In this document: in pieces, positions 39,654 through 50,216 of the stretch
Layout: each line of letters opens with the position of its first letter
How positions within the stretch are numbered: the first letter of the stretch is position 1
IMG/VR virus record: IMGVR_UViG_3300030616_000506
Span: 32,001 to 96,000 of that record
Strand: one strand, 5' to 3'
Length of the DNA stretch: 64,000 nucleotides
DNA from: a virus
Translations under genes and position numbers: made by a program
The notes under the pieces: generated by a model
What the model was told of the DNA's origin: nothing
The model's input: the letters and a program-made list of their open reading frames with translations, nothing else
The model's database searches: none

Positions 39654-40491
39654 TACCTATTAGAACTCCCTTAACATCACATTCTTTACAAGGTATTATA
39701 TTTCTATCCTTTTTATATAGAGATCTTCTTATTTTATCCAAACTATCTCCATTCCATATTTCAAATATGTGACTATTTTCTATGGATCCAACTATAACTT
39801 GTTTTCTCCAATCATGTGGACAACATATAACATCTCCATTATAATCTATCATAACCTGATAGAATGGATAATAGCAACTTCTTTTAAGTGGTTTTTTCAA
39901 TGGAGAGACATTTGTATTATCTATAGATATCATTCCAGCTCTATTAGATAATATTATCCCAAAGTTTTCTTCTACTGTATAATATCTTTTTCTTAATTTT
40001 ATATTATCTTCTTTTAATTTTAACTTACTTTTTATATCATTAAAGTGTTTTACTTGAAATTCTCCATCGTATAAACTAATAAGTAATGTATCTAAACCTT
40101 TATCCATTAGTGATTTTATTTTATGTTCTGTTGCAAAGTCTCCATTAGTTATTATTTCTAAATGAGTATTTGGATTATACTTTTTAGTTAAATATATTAA
40201 CTCTTCTAACTCTGGATGTAATAGAGGCTCTGAAAATCCAGAGAATAAAATAGTTCCATTAAAATTTATTCCTTTAAGATCTTCCATCAATTTTTCGTAG
40301 AGTTTTACATCCATATATTCATCTTTATTACCATATAACTCTTCATTATATCTTGGACAAAACTTACATTTTCTATTACATAGTCCAAGTATATTTATTT
40401 CTACTAATGAAAACATAGGTACATTCTTGTATTTAGATATGTAATTACTTAAAAGTTTATCTTTTCTATTTAAATTAGTATCTATAGTCAT
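39607..40491 (-). CDS. Radical SAM protein with SPASM/twitch domain
   Basis: CNRKCKFC, SEPLLH, NRAG, CYYP...GDVICC..DW...CKEC. Confidence 0.92.
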   Translation of the reverse strand: MTIDTNLNRKDKLLSNYISKYKNVPMFSLVEINILGLCNRKCKFCPRYNEELYGNKDEYMDVKLYEKLMEDLKGINFNGTILFSGFSEPLLHPELEELIYLTKKYNPNTHLEIITNGDFATEHKIKSLMDKGLDTLLISLYDGEFQVKHFNDIKSKLKLKEDNIKLRKRYYTVEENFGIILSNRAGMISIDNTNVSPLKKPLKRSCYYPFYQVMIDYNGDVICCPHDWRKQVIVGSIENSHIFEIWNGDSLDKIRRSLYKKDRNIIPCKECDVKGVLIGSENFENWVKYYEGNK

Positions 40492-41428
40492 TCTCCATCT
40501 CCTTTATAAGCTCTATACTATTTTCTGATGCTATATTCCTTATATTATTTCTAATATTAGATCTTTCACTTGAGTCTATATTTCTAGGACATTTTTCTTT
40601 CTTTAGAATTCTCTTATATCTTTTATGTATATCTCTACCAATAAATTTTTCTAACTCATTACAGATTGGATATGGATTAGTAATAAAACTATCAAAATCT
40701 ATAAAGTAAACTTTTTGTTTATCTTTATTGTTTAAATTATTATAAGCTTGCATATCGCTTTTCTCTAAATTATAAACCATCTTCACTACTCTATCTATAG
40801 GTTTCATCTTAAGATAATCTACTTCCCAATCAATAGCATATATAGGTATTGTGTATCCCTTCCAATCGTATGTTAATTCTATTGTAGATGGATCTACTCC
40901 TATTCTATCTCCAAATCCTCTCTTGTAAATAGCATTAATCACATCTAATGGGTTTCTCTTTATATAAATCAGTTTTAATCTTTTATCAAATGATTTCAAT
41001 AGAATATTTATATCAGTTAAAGCATTTGCTTTCATATTTTGAAATATTGGTTTATTATTTATTATTTCTTCATTTATCTTTTCTCTTTCTCCTCTGAATA
41101 TCCTTTTTATATAATCTAAAGGATAAGGATACTTAGTGAAAGAAGTACCGTCAGTTAATCTAAAGTTTATATCTCTTCCTATATACAATTCATATAATCT
41201 TCTATCTGTTTCTGATTTTAATAAAGTTATAGCTACATCCTCACTAATTTTTCCTAATCTATAAAGAGATAATATATAATAGAAAGAGTAATCTTCTTTG
41301 GATTTTTCAACTCCTTTATAACACTCTAGCAATCTAGATAATATTATCTTTCCTGAACTACAATGTCCATCAATAAATATTACATCTGATGGATATGTGT
41401 TATTTCTTATTAAATTTATATTATTCAT
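40475..41428 (-). CDS. Sulfotransferase-like P-loop protein
   Basis: FIDGHCSSGK, IYIKRNP.D, FDSFITNP..I...L..F. Confidence 0.65.
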   Translation of the reverse strand: MNNINLIRNNTYPSDVIFIDGHCSSGKIILSRLLECYKGVEKSKEDYSFYYILSLYRLGKISEDVAITLLKSETDRRLYELYIGRDINFRLTDGTSFTKYPYPLDYIKRIFRGEREKINEEIINNKPIFQNMKANALTDINILLKSFDKRLKLIYIKRNPLDVINAIYKRGFGDRIGVDPSTIELTYDWKGYTIPIYAIDWEVDYLKMKPIDRVVKMVYNLEKSDMQAYNNLNNKDKQKVYFIDFDSFITNPYPICNELEKFIGRDIHKRYKRILKKEKCPRNIDSSERSNIRNNIRNIASENSIELIKEMENDYRY

Positions 41429-42275
41429 CCATGATTCCTTTGTATGTTAACTTATTATCTATATACAATTTACTATTTTTAGATGTTATATATATTCCAT
41501 CCATTCCTTCTTCTCTTATCTCTTGGTCCATCCATTGAATTGTATCTGACATTCCTCTTATTATTCTATTATGCCATTCAGGTCTAGGCCATGGTGTATC
41601 TGTTATGTGAGTTTTATTAGGATCCAATCTATTATTATTTTTCATTCTAAATTCCAGATCAGATAATCTATTCTTTAAAATTACATTTTCGAATACTTCT
41701 CTAACTTTATCATGTTTTATCCATTTTTCTGTATCTTCATAGAAATCCCTTTGACAATTTAAATCTATTCCTATTAATCTAATTTCTGTAGCACCTAGTA
41801 TCAATGCACAATTTATAGCTGCTGATAGAGAACCTCTAAATCTAAATAGAGGTTGATTAAAATTATGAGCTCTACATTGTTTAAATGTATGAGGAGGATC
41901 TCTTTCATCTGTAAACCATGGAGTTCTACTTGGATAGAACCAAGCATTTCTTCTATAAATTGGAATAATCTTCTTAAAACCCTTCTTTATAGCATACTCT
42001 ATATCTTCTGGGTAATATAAGAGTAAAGTTGTATCAAAATTTTTATATAGAGATAGTATATCTAATTTGATATCAAACGTTCTTTCCTTCTTATTGTAAA
42101 TACTATCTATATTAGAGTTTGGTCTTTCATATGTCATAAAGTATTTAGTTGGTATACCACAATAAGGCCAACCACCAAAAGATAATGTATTTTTATCTTT
42201 GAGATATTCCCACTCTTCTTCTGTTATTTCATCTACTGATGGACCTGTGCCCATCACATAAAATATGTTGCTCAT
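41421..42275 (-). CDS. Maf/DUF115-like protein, candidate nonulosonate transferase
   Basis: VMGTGPSV, GSLSAAINCALILGATEIRLIGIDL. Confidence 0.65.
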   Translation of the reverse strand: MSNIFYVMGTGPSVDEITEEEWEYLKDKNTLSFGGWPYCGIPTKYFMTYERPNSNIDSIYNKKERTFDIKLDILSLYKNFDTTLLLYYPEDIEYAIKKGFKKIIPIYRRNAWFYPSRTPWFTDERDPPHTFKQCRAHNFNQPLFRFRGSLSAAINCALILGATEIRLIGIDLNCQRDFYEDTEKWIKHDKVREVFENVILKNRLSDLEFRMKNNNRLDPNKTHITDTPWPRPEWHNRIIRGMSDTIQWMDQEIREEGMDGIYITSKNSKLYIDNKLTYKGIMDE

Positions 42276-43360
42276 ATGAAGTTTTTATGTTCAGGTGGAT
42301 GTAACAATTTCCATACATACTCATTTATGGAGTGAGTCCTACAATCAGAATAACAAAACTTGTGGCAATCTATATTAGCATGTCTCTTTATTACTTCCTT
42401 ATATCTATCACTATGGAGTATATCAGTTAGTGAGTCTTTCATTAAGTCTCCTATTAGAAACTTATCCCACCATTCCTTCTCAAAGAACATACCACAGCCA
42501 AACACCTTACCATCACCACTAGTATATAATAAGAACGGAACTCCCATACAGTGATCATATTCTCTCTTACCTTCTCCCATTATATGACTCCATTTCGCTA
42601 TTACATTGTACTTTCCTTCACTCTGAGCTTCTGCCTCCTCTAGTATATCTGAAAAACTACTATAATTACCTAACTTATCGTATATCCCCAATCTGTTATC
42701 TCTTGTATCACTACATTGTTTTATGACATGATAATCAACACCTAACTCCTTTCCTAGCTTTGCTAGTGGAACCATTTCTTCTGCATCTCTTGGTGTTAGA
42801 ACAGATTGTAATCCTATTGTTACTGGTAAATCATTCTCTTCTTTCTTCTGCACACAAAATCTTATATTATTTATAACATCATCAAAAGATTTACTACCAT
42901 GTAATTTCCTATATGCATCATCACTAGCTGCACTAATATTAAATCTAATCCATGTTAATCTTTCAAGTGCATCTTCTCCATCCTTCCCTCTATTAAATAA
43001 TGCTCCATTAGTAGCTAGAGCCATATCCATACCAGATTTCTTACCTATTCTAATAGCATCATATACTGCTGGATTTAATAGAGGTTCTCCTTCTCCTACT
43101 AATCCCATAGATTTTACTCCTATGTCTCCGGCATCCTTTATATATTTTAATAAAGGTTTTCTAGGAAATATCTTATTATAACCCTTTTTATAGAAATTAC
43201 CCTGTATAACTCCAAAGCAATAATGACATCTTATATTACATCCTTTACTTAAACCTGCATCTATATGAAGAGGTGCAATTACTTCTCCATTTAACCATTT
43301 AGAAACTCTATCTGGATGCCACATCATTTTGTTTCCATCCATTAAATATCTATCTGTCAT
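42272..43360 (-). CDS. Radical SAM/SPASM protein (paralog of 43370-44431)
   Basis: CNIRCHYC, GEGEP, C.G.PF...GDG.V..C; ends HPPEHKNFI. Confidence 0.92.
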   Translation of the reverse strand: MTDRYLMDGNKMMWHPDRVSKWLNGEVIAPLHIDAGLSKGCNIRCHYCFGVIQGNFYKKGYNKIFPRKPLLKYIKDAGDIGVKSMGLVGEGEPLLNPAVYDAIRIGKKSGMDMALATNGALFNRGKDGEDALERLTWIRFNISAASDDAYRKLHGSKSFDDVINNIRFCVQKKEENDLPVTIGLQSVLTPRDAEEMVPLAKLGKELGVDYHVIKQCSDTRDNRLGIYDKLGNYSSFSDILEEAEAQSEGKYNVIAKWSHIMGEGKREYDHCMGVPFLLYTSGDGKVFGCGMFFEKEWWDKFLIGDLMKDSLTDILHSDRYKEVIKRHANIDCHKFCYSDCRTHSINEYVWKLLHPPEHKNFI

Positions 43361-43369
43361 AATCTCATC

Positions 43370-44431
43370 CTATATAAAATTAATATGTTCTGGTGGATGT
43401 TTCAATACCCATAGAAATTCATTTATCTCATCGTGTCTACAAGTTAATAGGCAATTCTTATGTACATCTATCTTTTCTATTTCTTTCATTATATTATTAT
43501 ATTTCTCACTATTTAGAATATCCTTTATAGAATTTTCTTTGATATTACCTAAGCTCTTTCTATTAAGTGCTGAAAAACCACTACAAACATATACATCTCC
43601 AGTTCCTGACATCTGTAAAATAAAGTTGCCTCCATAACAAGTATCATAAGTCTTCTTCTGTTTTTTAATTTGTTCTCTCTTTATTATTACTTCATAAGCG
43701 TCAGTTGATAAACCTTCACATTCTCTGAATGTCTCTTCTAAAACATTCTTATCTGATATTATATATTTTTTATCTATTAAATCATTGAAAGTACACTGCT
43801 TTACCATAGCGTAGTCTACTCCTAACTCCTTTCCAATTTTACAGAAATTTATAATATCATCCTTTAGAGTAGATATAAGTACCATTTGTATACCTATGGT
43901 TATAGGTAGATTATATTTTTTCTTTATATCTACACACTTTTTTATATTCTCTTTAACTTTATAAAAATTATTCTTACTGGTATTTGCTGTTTTAGCATAA
44001 GTATCTGGACTTCCAGCTACCATATTAAATCTAATAAATGTCAATGCTTCCAAAAATTCTCTAAGACCTTCTTCCTTCATCAATATTCCATTGGTTGATA
44101 TTCCTATATCTAGTCCACATTCTTTGGCATTCGTAACCGCCTCATAGGCATTTGGATGTAACATGGGTTCTCCATCACCAAATACACCTATAGCCTTTAT
44201 ACCTATATCCTTACAATCTCTAAAGAATTTTTTTAATATATCCAATGGAATAAACTCTTTTTTAGTTTGATTATATGTAGCATATTCACAATATTTGCAT
44301 CCTATATTACAATTCTTAGTAAAACTCATATCAATATATAAAGGATAAATCTTCTTACCATTCATCCAATCCTGTACTCTATCAAGATGCCAATACAATT
44401 TGTGTCCTCCTATAAGATACTTATTCTCCAT
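43370..44431 (-). CDS. Radical SAM/SPASM protein
   Basis: CNIGCKYC, GDGEP, CYG...GDVYVC; ends HPPEHINFI. Confidence 0.92.
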   Translation of the reverse strand: MENKYLIGGHKLYWHLDRVQDWMNGKKIYPLYIDMSFTKNCNIGCKYCEYATYNQTKKEFIPLDILKKFFRDCKDIGIKAIGVFGDGEPMLHPNAYEAVTNAKECGLDIGISTNGILMKEEGLREFLEALTFIRFNMVAGSPDTYAKTANTSKNNFYKVKENIKKCVDIKKKYNLPITIGIQMVLISTLKDDIINFCKIGKELGVDYAMVKQCTFNDLIDKKYIISDKNVLEETFRECEGLSTDAYEVIIKREQIKKQKKTYDTCYGGNFILQMSGTGDVYVCSGFSALNRKSLGNIKENSIKDILNSEKYNNIMKEIEKIDVHKNCLLTCRHDEINEFLWVLKHPPEHINFI

Positions 44432-45269
44432 AGTAGTCCTCCTTATAATCCTTTATGGCCTCTCTCCATGATCTCATCATAGATGTTTTTTCTGATAGTA
44501 ATCCGGTGTTTATATTCTTTCTTCCTTTATGTGGAAAGTTTTTATATGATGAGGGTTTCACTTCTTTATTCAATCTTAGTTCCTCTACTATAGATTTCAT
44601 AAATTCATATAGGGAAACCTTATCAGAATTTGATGTATGATATAATCCATACTCATAGTTCTGCTCTATAAGATCTCTAAGTTTTCTTGCAATATCCTTA
44701 TTATATGTAGGAGTACTATAAACATCATCTGCTATATTTAACACTCTTCTCTTATCGCTCTTTAACATTTTCTCTACGAATTGATTATCTCTTCCATTTA
44801 TACCAAATACTATAGGTAATCTTAAGATATAATATTTATCTCCTCCTTTCTTTATAAAATAATCTCCCATAGATTTTGTAATTCCATAGAGATTTAGAGG
44901 AGTTGGTAAATCAGACTCTACATATGGACCGTTATCTCCAAATACACTTTCTGTACTAAAATGTATTAATAAATAATTATATCTCCTAGATAGTTCAGTT
45001 AAGAACTTTGGATACATAGAATTTATTAATATTGCTTTCTTTGGATAATCCTCACATCTATCTATACCTTGGAAGGAGGTTGCATTTACTAATATATCTG
45101 GTTTATATTCTAACACCATTTCTTCTGTATCTTCAAAATTCTCTAGATTAAAATCCTTGCTATTTTTTCCTATAACTTCATAGTCTTCCTTAAATTCACT
45201 ATAGATAGCACTTCCAACTTTTCCAGTGTATCCTAATAATAACATTCTTTTCTTATTTGTAGTCTTCAT
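44421..45269 (-). CDS. rmlD: dTDP-4-dehydrorhamnose reductase-like (RmlD family)
   Basis: G.TGKVG, HFSTESVF, P.NLYGITK, TPTY. Confidence 0.8.
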   Translation of the reverse strand: MKTTNKKRMLLLGYTGKVGSAIYSEFKEDYEVIGKNSKDFNLENFEDTEEMVLEYKPDILVNATSFQGIDRCEDYPKKAILINSMYPKFLTELSRRYNYLLIHFSTESVFGDNGPYVESDLPTPLNLYGITKSMGDYFIKKGGDKYYILRLPIVFGINGRDNQFVEKMLKSDKRRVLNIADDVYSTPTYNKDIARKLRDLIEQNYEYGLYHTSNSDKVSLYEFMKSIVEELRLNKEVKPSSYKNFPHKGRKNINTGLLSEKTSMMRSWREAIKDYKEDYYGE

Positions 45270-46500
45270 TTCTCTCTTTATTATATAACTCTATATCCTT
45301 AAACATTTTCTCAACATAATTATCAATATCCCTTCTCAACTTTACAACCTTATTTAGTTGAAATAAATCTCCAAATCTAATATTCTTATTCTTGTAATAA
45401 TCTTGCCATATTTTAGTTCCTGGATATGGAGTAAACCTATTTAGGGATATATAGGTAGGCTCTATTTTATACATAAGTTTTTCAGTTTTCTTTATATCTT
45501 CTAAAGTTTCAAATGGAAATCCTACCATAATATATGCATTCCACTTTACTCCTTCTTCATTTATTAATTTGGATTTTTTTATTATCTCTTCTATAGTTAT
45601 ATTCTTTCTTATCTCATCTAGTATACCTTGAGAACCACTCTCTACCCCAACAAATAATCTATCTCCTCCATACTCTTTGAAGGATTTAAGCATACTCCTT
45701 GATATGGGAGGTACTCTAGTTAATGCTCTAAATTTCAGTTTATTCTTCTTCATAATATTTCCTATGGTGTGGTATCTCTTCATATTTAATATTAAATTGT
45801 CGTCTAGCACCTTAATTGAGACTCGATCTCCGAATCTGTTAGCTATATCTTGCAATTCTTCTTCAATATATTTTATACTCCTGTACTCTATCTTCTTATC
45901 TAAATTCATGGAGTTACAACAATATGTACAGGAATTATGACATCCAACAGATGTCAGTATACAGGATATATCTCTAGGAGTATATTCTTCTGAATTCACT
46001 ATTAAATTTATATTGGGTCTTCTGTCAATCAAGTTTTTTATCTTAGGAACAACTTCATCAAATATCTTATTAAATTTATACTTAGGGTTGGATTGAAACA
46101 TAGCTTGTACATGAGTTCCCCCTAATATTATTTTTAAATTATTTCCAAATTCCTCCCTAGCTATTTCTGCTACTCTTCTTGATGACTCTATTTTAGGTGA
46201 TATAGAGGATATTCCCAATATGTCTGGAGAGTATTTCTTTATTGCATTTCTAATGTCCTTCCATATAGGTAATTTATCGTTCTCTAAATTCTTATAATAC
46301 TTAGGAAAACTCCTAATTAATTCTGATCTACTTAATGTCCTACAATTATTGTCTCTGACATCTCCGTCATATATATTAACTTCATACCCTAGCTTCTTAA
46401 AGTAGGTACCCACCAAGGTTATAGTTTGTGGATAGTACCATCTATCATAACCAAATAGTTTATAGTAAGGAGGTTCAATTAGTAGGACAGATTTGCTCAT
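45253..46500 (-). CDS. Cobalamin-binding radical SAM enzyme
   Basis: GGTH, TSVGCHNSCTYC, DDN, GVESG, GFPFET, PYPGT. Confidence 0.88.
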   Translation of the reverse strand: MSKSVLLIEPPYYKLFGYDRWYYPQTITLVGTYFKKLGYEVNIYDGDVRDNNCRTLSRSELIRSFPKYYKNLENDKLPIWKDIRNAIKKYSPDILGISSISPKIESSRRVAEIAREEFGNNLKIILGGTHVQAMFQSNPKYKFNKIFDEVVPKIKNLIDRRPNINLIVNSEEYTPRDISCILTSVGCHNSCTYCCNSMNLDKKIEYRSIKYIEEELQDIANRFGDRVSIKVLDDNLILNMKRYHTIGNIMKKNKLKFRALTRVPPISRSMLKSFKEYGGDRLFVGVESGSQGILDEIRKNITIEEIIKKSKLINEEGVKWNAYIMVGFPFETLEDIKKTEKLMYKIEPTYISLNRFTPYPGTKIWQDYYKNKNIRFGDLFQLNKVVKLRRDIDNYVEKMFKDIELYNKERNEDYK

Positions 46501-46979
46501 ACATCCCTATCCCTTCTTAAGCTTATGAAAGTAGGTTTCTTGTTGTAGTATGATTTGATTAATATTCTCTTAACTTCTTCTGAATTTTTAGGAAAACAAT
46601 AACTATCTATATTCTTAAACATAGTCATATAAGTTCCGTTATTTAATAATTCATGGGTTATTCCTTGACCAGGATAGTCTGCATATCCAATTAATTTAAC
46701 ATTAACATTTTGTTGATCTATATCTATTTTTATTTGCTCAAAAGCTCTTTCAGTTAAGAAAGGAGTTATTGTGTATATGTAAGGCTTATAACCTTCTAAT
46801 GCCATACCTGCAGCAATTCCTACCATACTTTGTTCACATAAACCTATATTAATAAATCTTTCAGGAAATTTATTTCTAAATTCATCAAATATTCTAAATC
46901 CTATATCTCCAACTATAAGTAATATATCATCATCTTTCTCTGCTAACTCTAACAGAGTTTCTGCAAATTGTCTACGCAA
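46497..46979 (-). CDS. Transketolase-like pyrimidine-binding subunit (no C-terminal domain)
   Basis: GDIGF, RFINIGLCEQ..G.AAG.A, RAFEQIK; TTG start. Confidence 0.9.
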   Translation of the reverse strand: MRRQFAETLLELAEKDDDILLIVGDIGFRIFDEFRNKFPERFINIGLCEQSMVGIAAGMALEGYKPYIYTITPFLTERAFEQIKIDIDQQNVNVKLIGYADYPGQGITHELLNNGTYMTMFKNIDSYCFPKNSEEVKRILIKSYYNKKPTFISLRRDRDV

Positions 46980-47676
46980 TTAACTCACTATCCATAGGAA
47001 TTCTATTGTGCCATTCTGGATTATTCTCCATTATGGAGAATCCTTTGCCCTTTATAGTATTTGCTACAATAACATTATAATATTCTTCATTTAGAGTATT
47101 AAAACAAGTAGTTATCTCATCTAAATTATGTCCATCCACAAAAGATGTTATAGCTCCAAACGATTCTAATTTATCTCCTATATCATTTAATTTTAATATA
47201 TTTTTTGTATAATCCAAAGCTTGTATATTGTTTTTATCTATAATAACTACTAGATTATTTAATTTATGATGATTAGCTATTAGTAAACTTTCCCAAGTTG
47301 TTCCTTCCTGAAGCTCTCCATCACTTATTAAAACATATATTTTTCCAGCCTTATTAGTTAATTTTCTAGCCAATGCCATTCCAACTGCTATAGGCAATCC
47401 ATGTCCTAAACTTCCAGTAGTTGTATGTATTCCATTTTCTATATCTAGATCTGGATGTCCCTTATATATATTAGGATTATATCCTAACTCTCTAAGAACT
47501 GCATATAAAGCTAAACACCCATGACCCTTACTAAATATAAATCTATCTTTATCTGATAGAATATTATATATAGAAATTAGGATTTCTACACATGACATAG
47601 CAGGAGCTACATGTCCATTATTAGTTTCTCTTGATAATTTTATTATCTCTTCTCTGATTTGTTTTGGGTTAATCAT
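46972..47676 (-). CDS. Transketolase-like N-terminal TPP-binding subunit
   Basis: GH, DRFIFSKGH, GSLGHGL, SDGELQEG..WE, T.KGKG...ME....WH. Confidence 0.93.
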   Translation of the reverse strand: MINPKQIREEIIKLSRETNNGHVAPAMSCVEILISIYNILSDKDRFIFSKGHGCLALYAVLRELGYNPNIYKGHPDLDIENGIHTTTGSLGHGLPIAVGMALARKLTNKAGKIYVLISDGELQEGTTWESLLIANHHKLNNLVVIIDKNNIQALDYTKNILKLNDIGDKLESFGAITSFVDGHNLDEITTCFNTLNEEYYNVIVANTIKGKGFSIMENNPEWHNRIPMDSELIA

Positions 47677-48583
47677 TTAGTACCTTTTTTATGAATGAAT
47701 CTATCTTTTCATAATTTAGATATTCTTTATTACATGGATAACTACATGCAATAGCTCCAGCTACATTTCCTAAAAATGCTATTATCTCTAGAGGTGCATT
47801 TATAAAAGCTAATGGAGAGGTTAAAGATAAAAATGTATCTCCCGCTCCTATACTATCCAATATGGTATCTGTTAAAGCTGGCATTTTAACTATCTCTCCA
47901 TCTCTATATAAGATGCAACCATCTCTCCCTAAAGTTATTGCTACTGTTACTCCATTTTTTATTTTCTTTCTTAATATATCTTCTACACTATCATATTGAT
48001 TACTATATGCTAATCTAAGTTCATGTTGGCTAATACATATAAAGTTAGGTCTACTATATTTATTAATAGTACTCAATCCATTGTTACCTGCATTTCTTTG
48101 AACATTCAAAGCTATGAAGTTAGCTTTATCTTCAATGTTTGAAATAATATCATTCTTAAATAATCCATGCCCAAAATCAGCTATTATTACCATATCATAA
48201 AAAGGAAGATTAAAATTAATATTTCTAATGTCTATTTCATCATTTTTGATAACTGAATAAGTTTCAAATAATTTTTGATTATCTTCTATATATCTTGTTT
48301 TTTTTATTGTTTCTCCGTTAGTATTAAAATGGATATCAGAAAAATCTGTTAGATGGTTATAAATCGCTTTTACTCCTCCATCATAAATTTCTTTATATTC
48401 ATTTTTGAATGCTGCTATTGGAGATTTACCTGATTTACCTAAAGTGTAACCATATTGATATTCATCTATTATAGTCTCTCCTATAACCAATATCTTTAAA
48501 TGCTTTAGTTTGTCTATGTAACTTATAATATCATTATAAGAATACTTTTCCTTAAATATATTCAAATTATTCATTTCAACCAT
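47669..48583 (-). CDS. PfkB-family kinase, HldE/RfaE kinase-domain-like
   Basis: LVIGETIIDEY, DFGHG, ITLG..G, DSIGAGD. Confidence 0.85.
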   Translation of the reverse strand: MVEMNNLNIFKEKYSYNDIISYIDKLKHLKILVIGETIIDEYQYGYTLGKSGKSPIAAFKNEYKEIYDGGVKAIYNHLTDFSDIHFNTNGETIKKTRYIEDNQKLFETYSVIKNDEIDIRNINFNLPFYDMVIIADFGHGLFKNDIISNIEDKANFIALNVQRNAGNNGLSTINKYSRPNFICISQHELRLAYSNQYDSVEDILRKKIKNGVTVAITLGRDGCILYRDGEIVKMPALTDTILDSIGAGDTFLSLTSPLAFINAPLEIIAFLGNVAGAIACSYPCNKEYLNYEKIDSFIKKVLND

Positions 48584-49497
48584 TTATCCATGAATTGAAT
48601 TATATTATTTTTATTTAAATCTTCATTCTTCTGTATCATCATGTATTTAGATTTATCTCTCCAAAAATGCATACTATCTCCATATACACCTTTAGCTTGT
48701 TTCCACCATTCTTTTCCTCTAGCTGGAGGCTTTCCATTTTTTTCTACTAGTGGAATATCCATTAATATCATAGGCTTATTTAGCATTTCCATCCAGCAGT
48801 CAGGTCCTGATGGTGGAGTTATACAAAATGATGAGTTATTTACTATACTTATAAATTTATTTATATCATTATTATAATAAGGTATCAATTTGTCAAAATA
48901 TTTATTTAAAGGTTTATAATGTTCTCCAGTTTGCCAATATTCATATTTATCACCATAATGTTCTTTAACTATTTTTACTAACTCTTTATATCTAAAAAAG
49001 TCTGAATTTCTCTGTGTATTATGAAATGGAGTATATCTTATATGAAATAATATATATGGTTTATCTATATTAGTCATCTTTAGTTCTATGTGAGGACTCT
49101 TATTATTTTCCATTCTATATTTATTTAAATAATTAAGAAAAGACATATGGCTATGAACCTTCCTTCCTTCTTTTTCTTCATAGAGAGGAGGAGAATCTTC
49201 ATAAAAAGTACCGTAATCATCTAGATATAATATTTGATCATATTCATCATAGGAATTTTTCCTATTTATAAATATTATTGGTAATATAGAGTCAGATTCA
49301 GGAAATTCAATATCGATCCTATTTCCTCTTATATCTGAGAACATATAATTTAATGGCCACTCTATAAATATATGATAATCTTCATACCCTAGCTCCTTTC
49401 CTTTATAATAACAAGCTTGTATTATATAAGCTAATTCTCCAAATCTTAATTTCCACTGTCTCTCTCTTCTTATAGCAAATAATATATTTTTATTCAT
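48571..49497 (-). CDS. Hypothetical protein, possibly GT-B glycosyltransferase
   Basis: FGE, ILFHIR, RNS, I..SSF.I...SGP pattern similar to GT9-like proteins. Confidence 0.45.
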   Translation of the reverse strand: MNKNILFAIRRERQWKLRFGELAYIIQACYYKGKELGYEDYHIFIEWPLNYMFSDIRGNRIDIEFPESDSILPIIFINRKNSYDEYDQILYLDDYGTFYEDSPPLYEEKEGRKVHSHMSFLNYLNKYRMENNKSPHIELKMTNIDKPYILFHIRYTPFHNTQRNSDFFRYKELVKIVKEHYGDKYEYWQTGEHYKPLNKYFDKLIPYYNNDINKFISIVNNSSFCITPPSGPDCWMEMLNKPMILMDIPLVEKNGKPPARGKEWWKQAKGVYGDSMHFWRDKSKYMMIQKNEDLNKNNIIQFMDKWLK

Positions 49498-50216
49498 AAT
49501 CTTAACTCCACTTCTTCTATATCTTCTGGATGTGATATTTCATTTAAATGTTCTGTCCAATATCCATTAAACTTTATACCATCATCTATCATTAAATTTA
49601 TTGTATTTGTAATTATCTTCTCATCAAATCTACTATCATAATGAGTTCTATCTATATAATCATAGACTCTATTATCAAAGTAATATGCTCCACAATTAAC
49701 GTAATTAGATGTAGGTCTAGTAGATTTCTCATTTATAAATTTTATTTCCCAGAAACCAAATTCTCTTAAGGGTTTTCCTTTATCTATTGTACCATACTCA
49801 TATAACCTATTAAATTTTTCTGTAAATAAAAGAGAGTTTTTCATCTTAATTAGATTATTTAATTCTGATTTATTGTATATTATATCACCTGATAGTACCA
49901 AGATATTCCTATTCTTTGTATGGGTTTTAGTTAACTTTATTGCATCTGCCGTTCCAGATAGTTTCTTTTGATGAATGAACTGTATATCCATATCACTATA
50001 GTTATATTTTATATAGGACTTTATTATACTTTCCTTATAGTTACTTATAATAAATATTTTATTTACATCTATGTCCTTTATAGCATCTAATAGCCAGCCA
50101 ATTATGGGTTTATTTTTAACTTCTACCATAGTCTTGGGTCTGTCTTCAGTTAAAGGCATTAATCTAGATCCTACTCCAGCTGCCATTATGATACAATCTA
50201 CTTTATTTTTCTGCAT
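49494..50216 (-). CDS. Sugar-1-phosphate nucleotidyltransferase
   Basis: MAAGVGSRLMPLTEDRPK, Q....GTADA, SGD, YG, EK. Confidence 0.92.
   Translation of the reverse strand: MQKNKVDCIIMAAGVGSRLMPLTEDRPKTMVEVKNKPIIGWLLDAIKDIDVNKIFIISNYKESIIKSYIKYNYSDMDIQFIHQKKLSGTADAIKLTKTHTKNRNILVLSGDIIYNKSELNNLIKMKNSLLFTEKFNRLYEYGTIDKGKPLREFGFWEIKFINEKSTRPTSNYVNCGAYYFDNRVYDYIDRTHYDSRFDEKIITNTINLMIDDGIKFNGYWTEHLNEISHPEDIEEVELRL

Noticed and set aside
38032-44431. RiPP cluster with SPASM maturases
   Set aside because: No adjacent precursor peptide, RRE domain or transporter; neighbours are sugar enzymes
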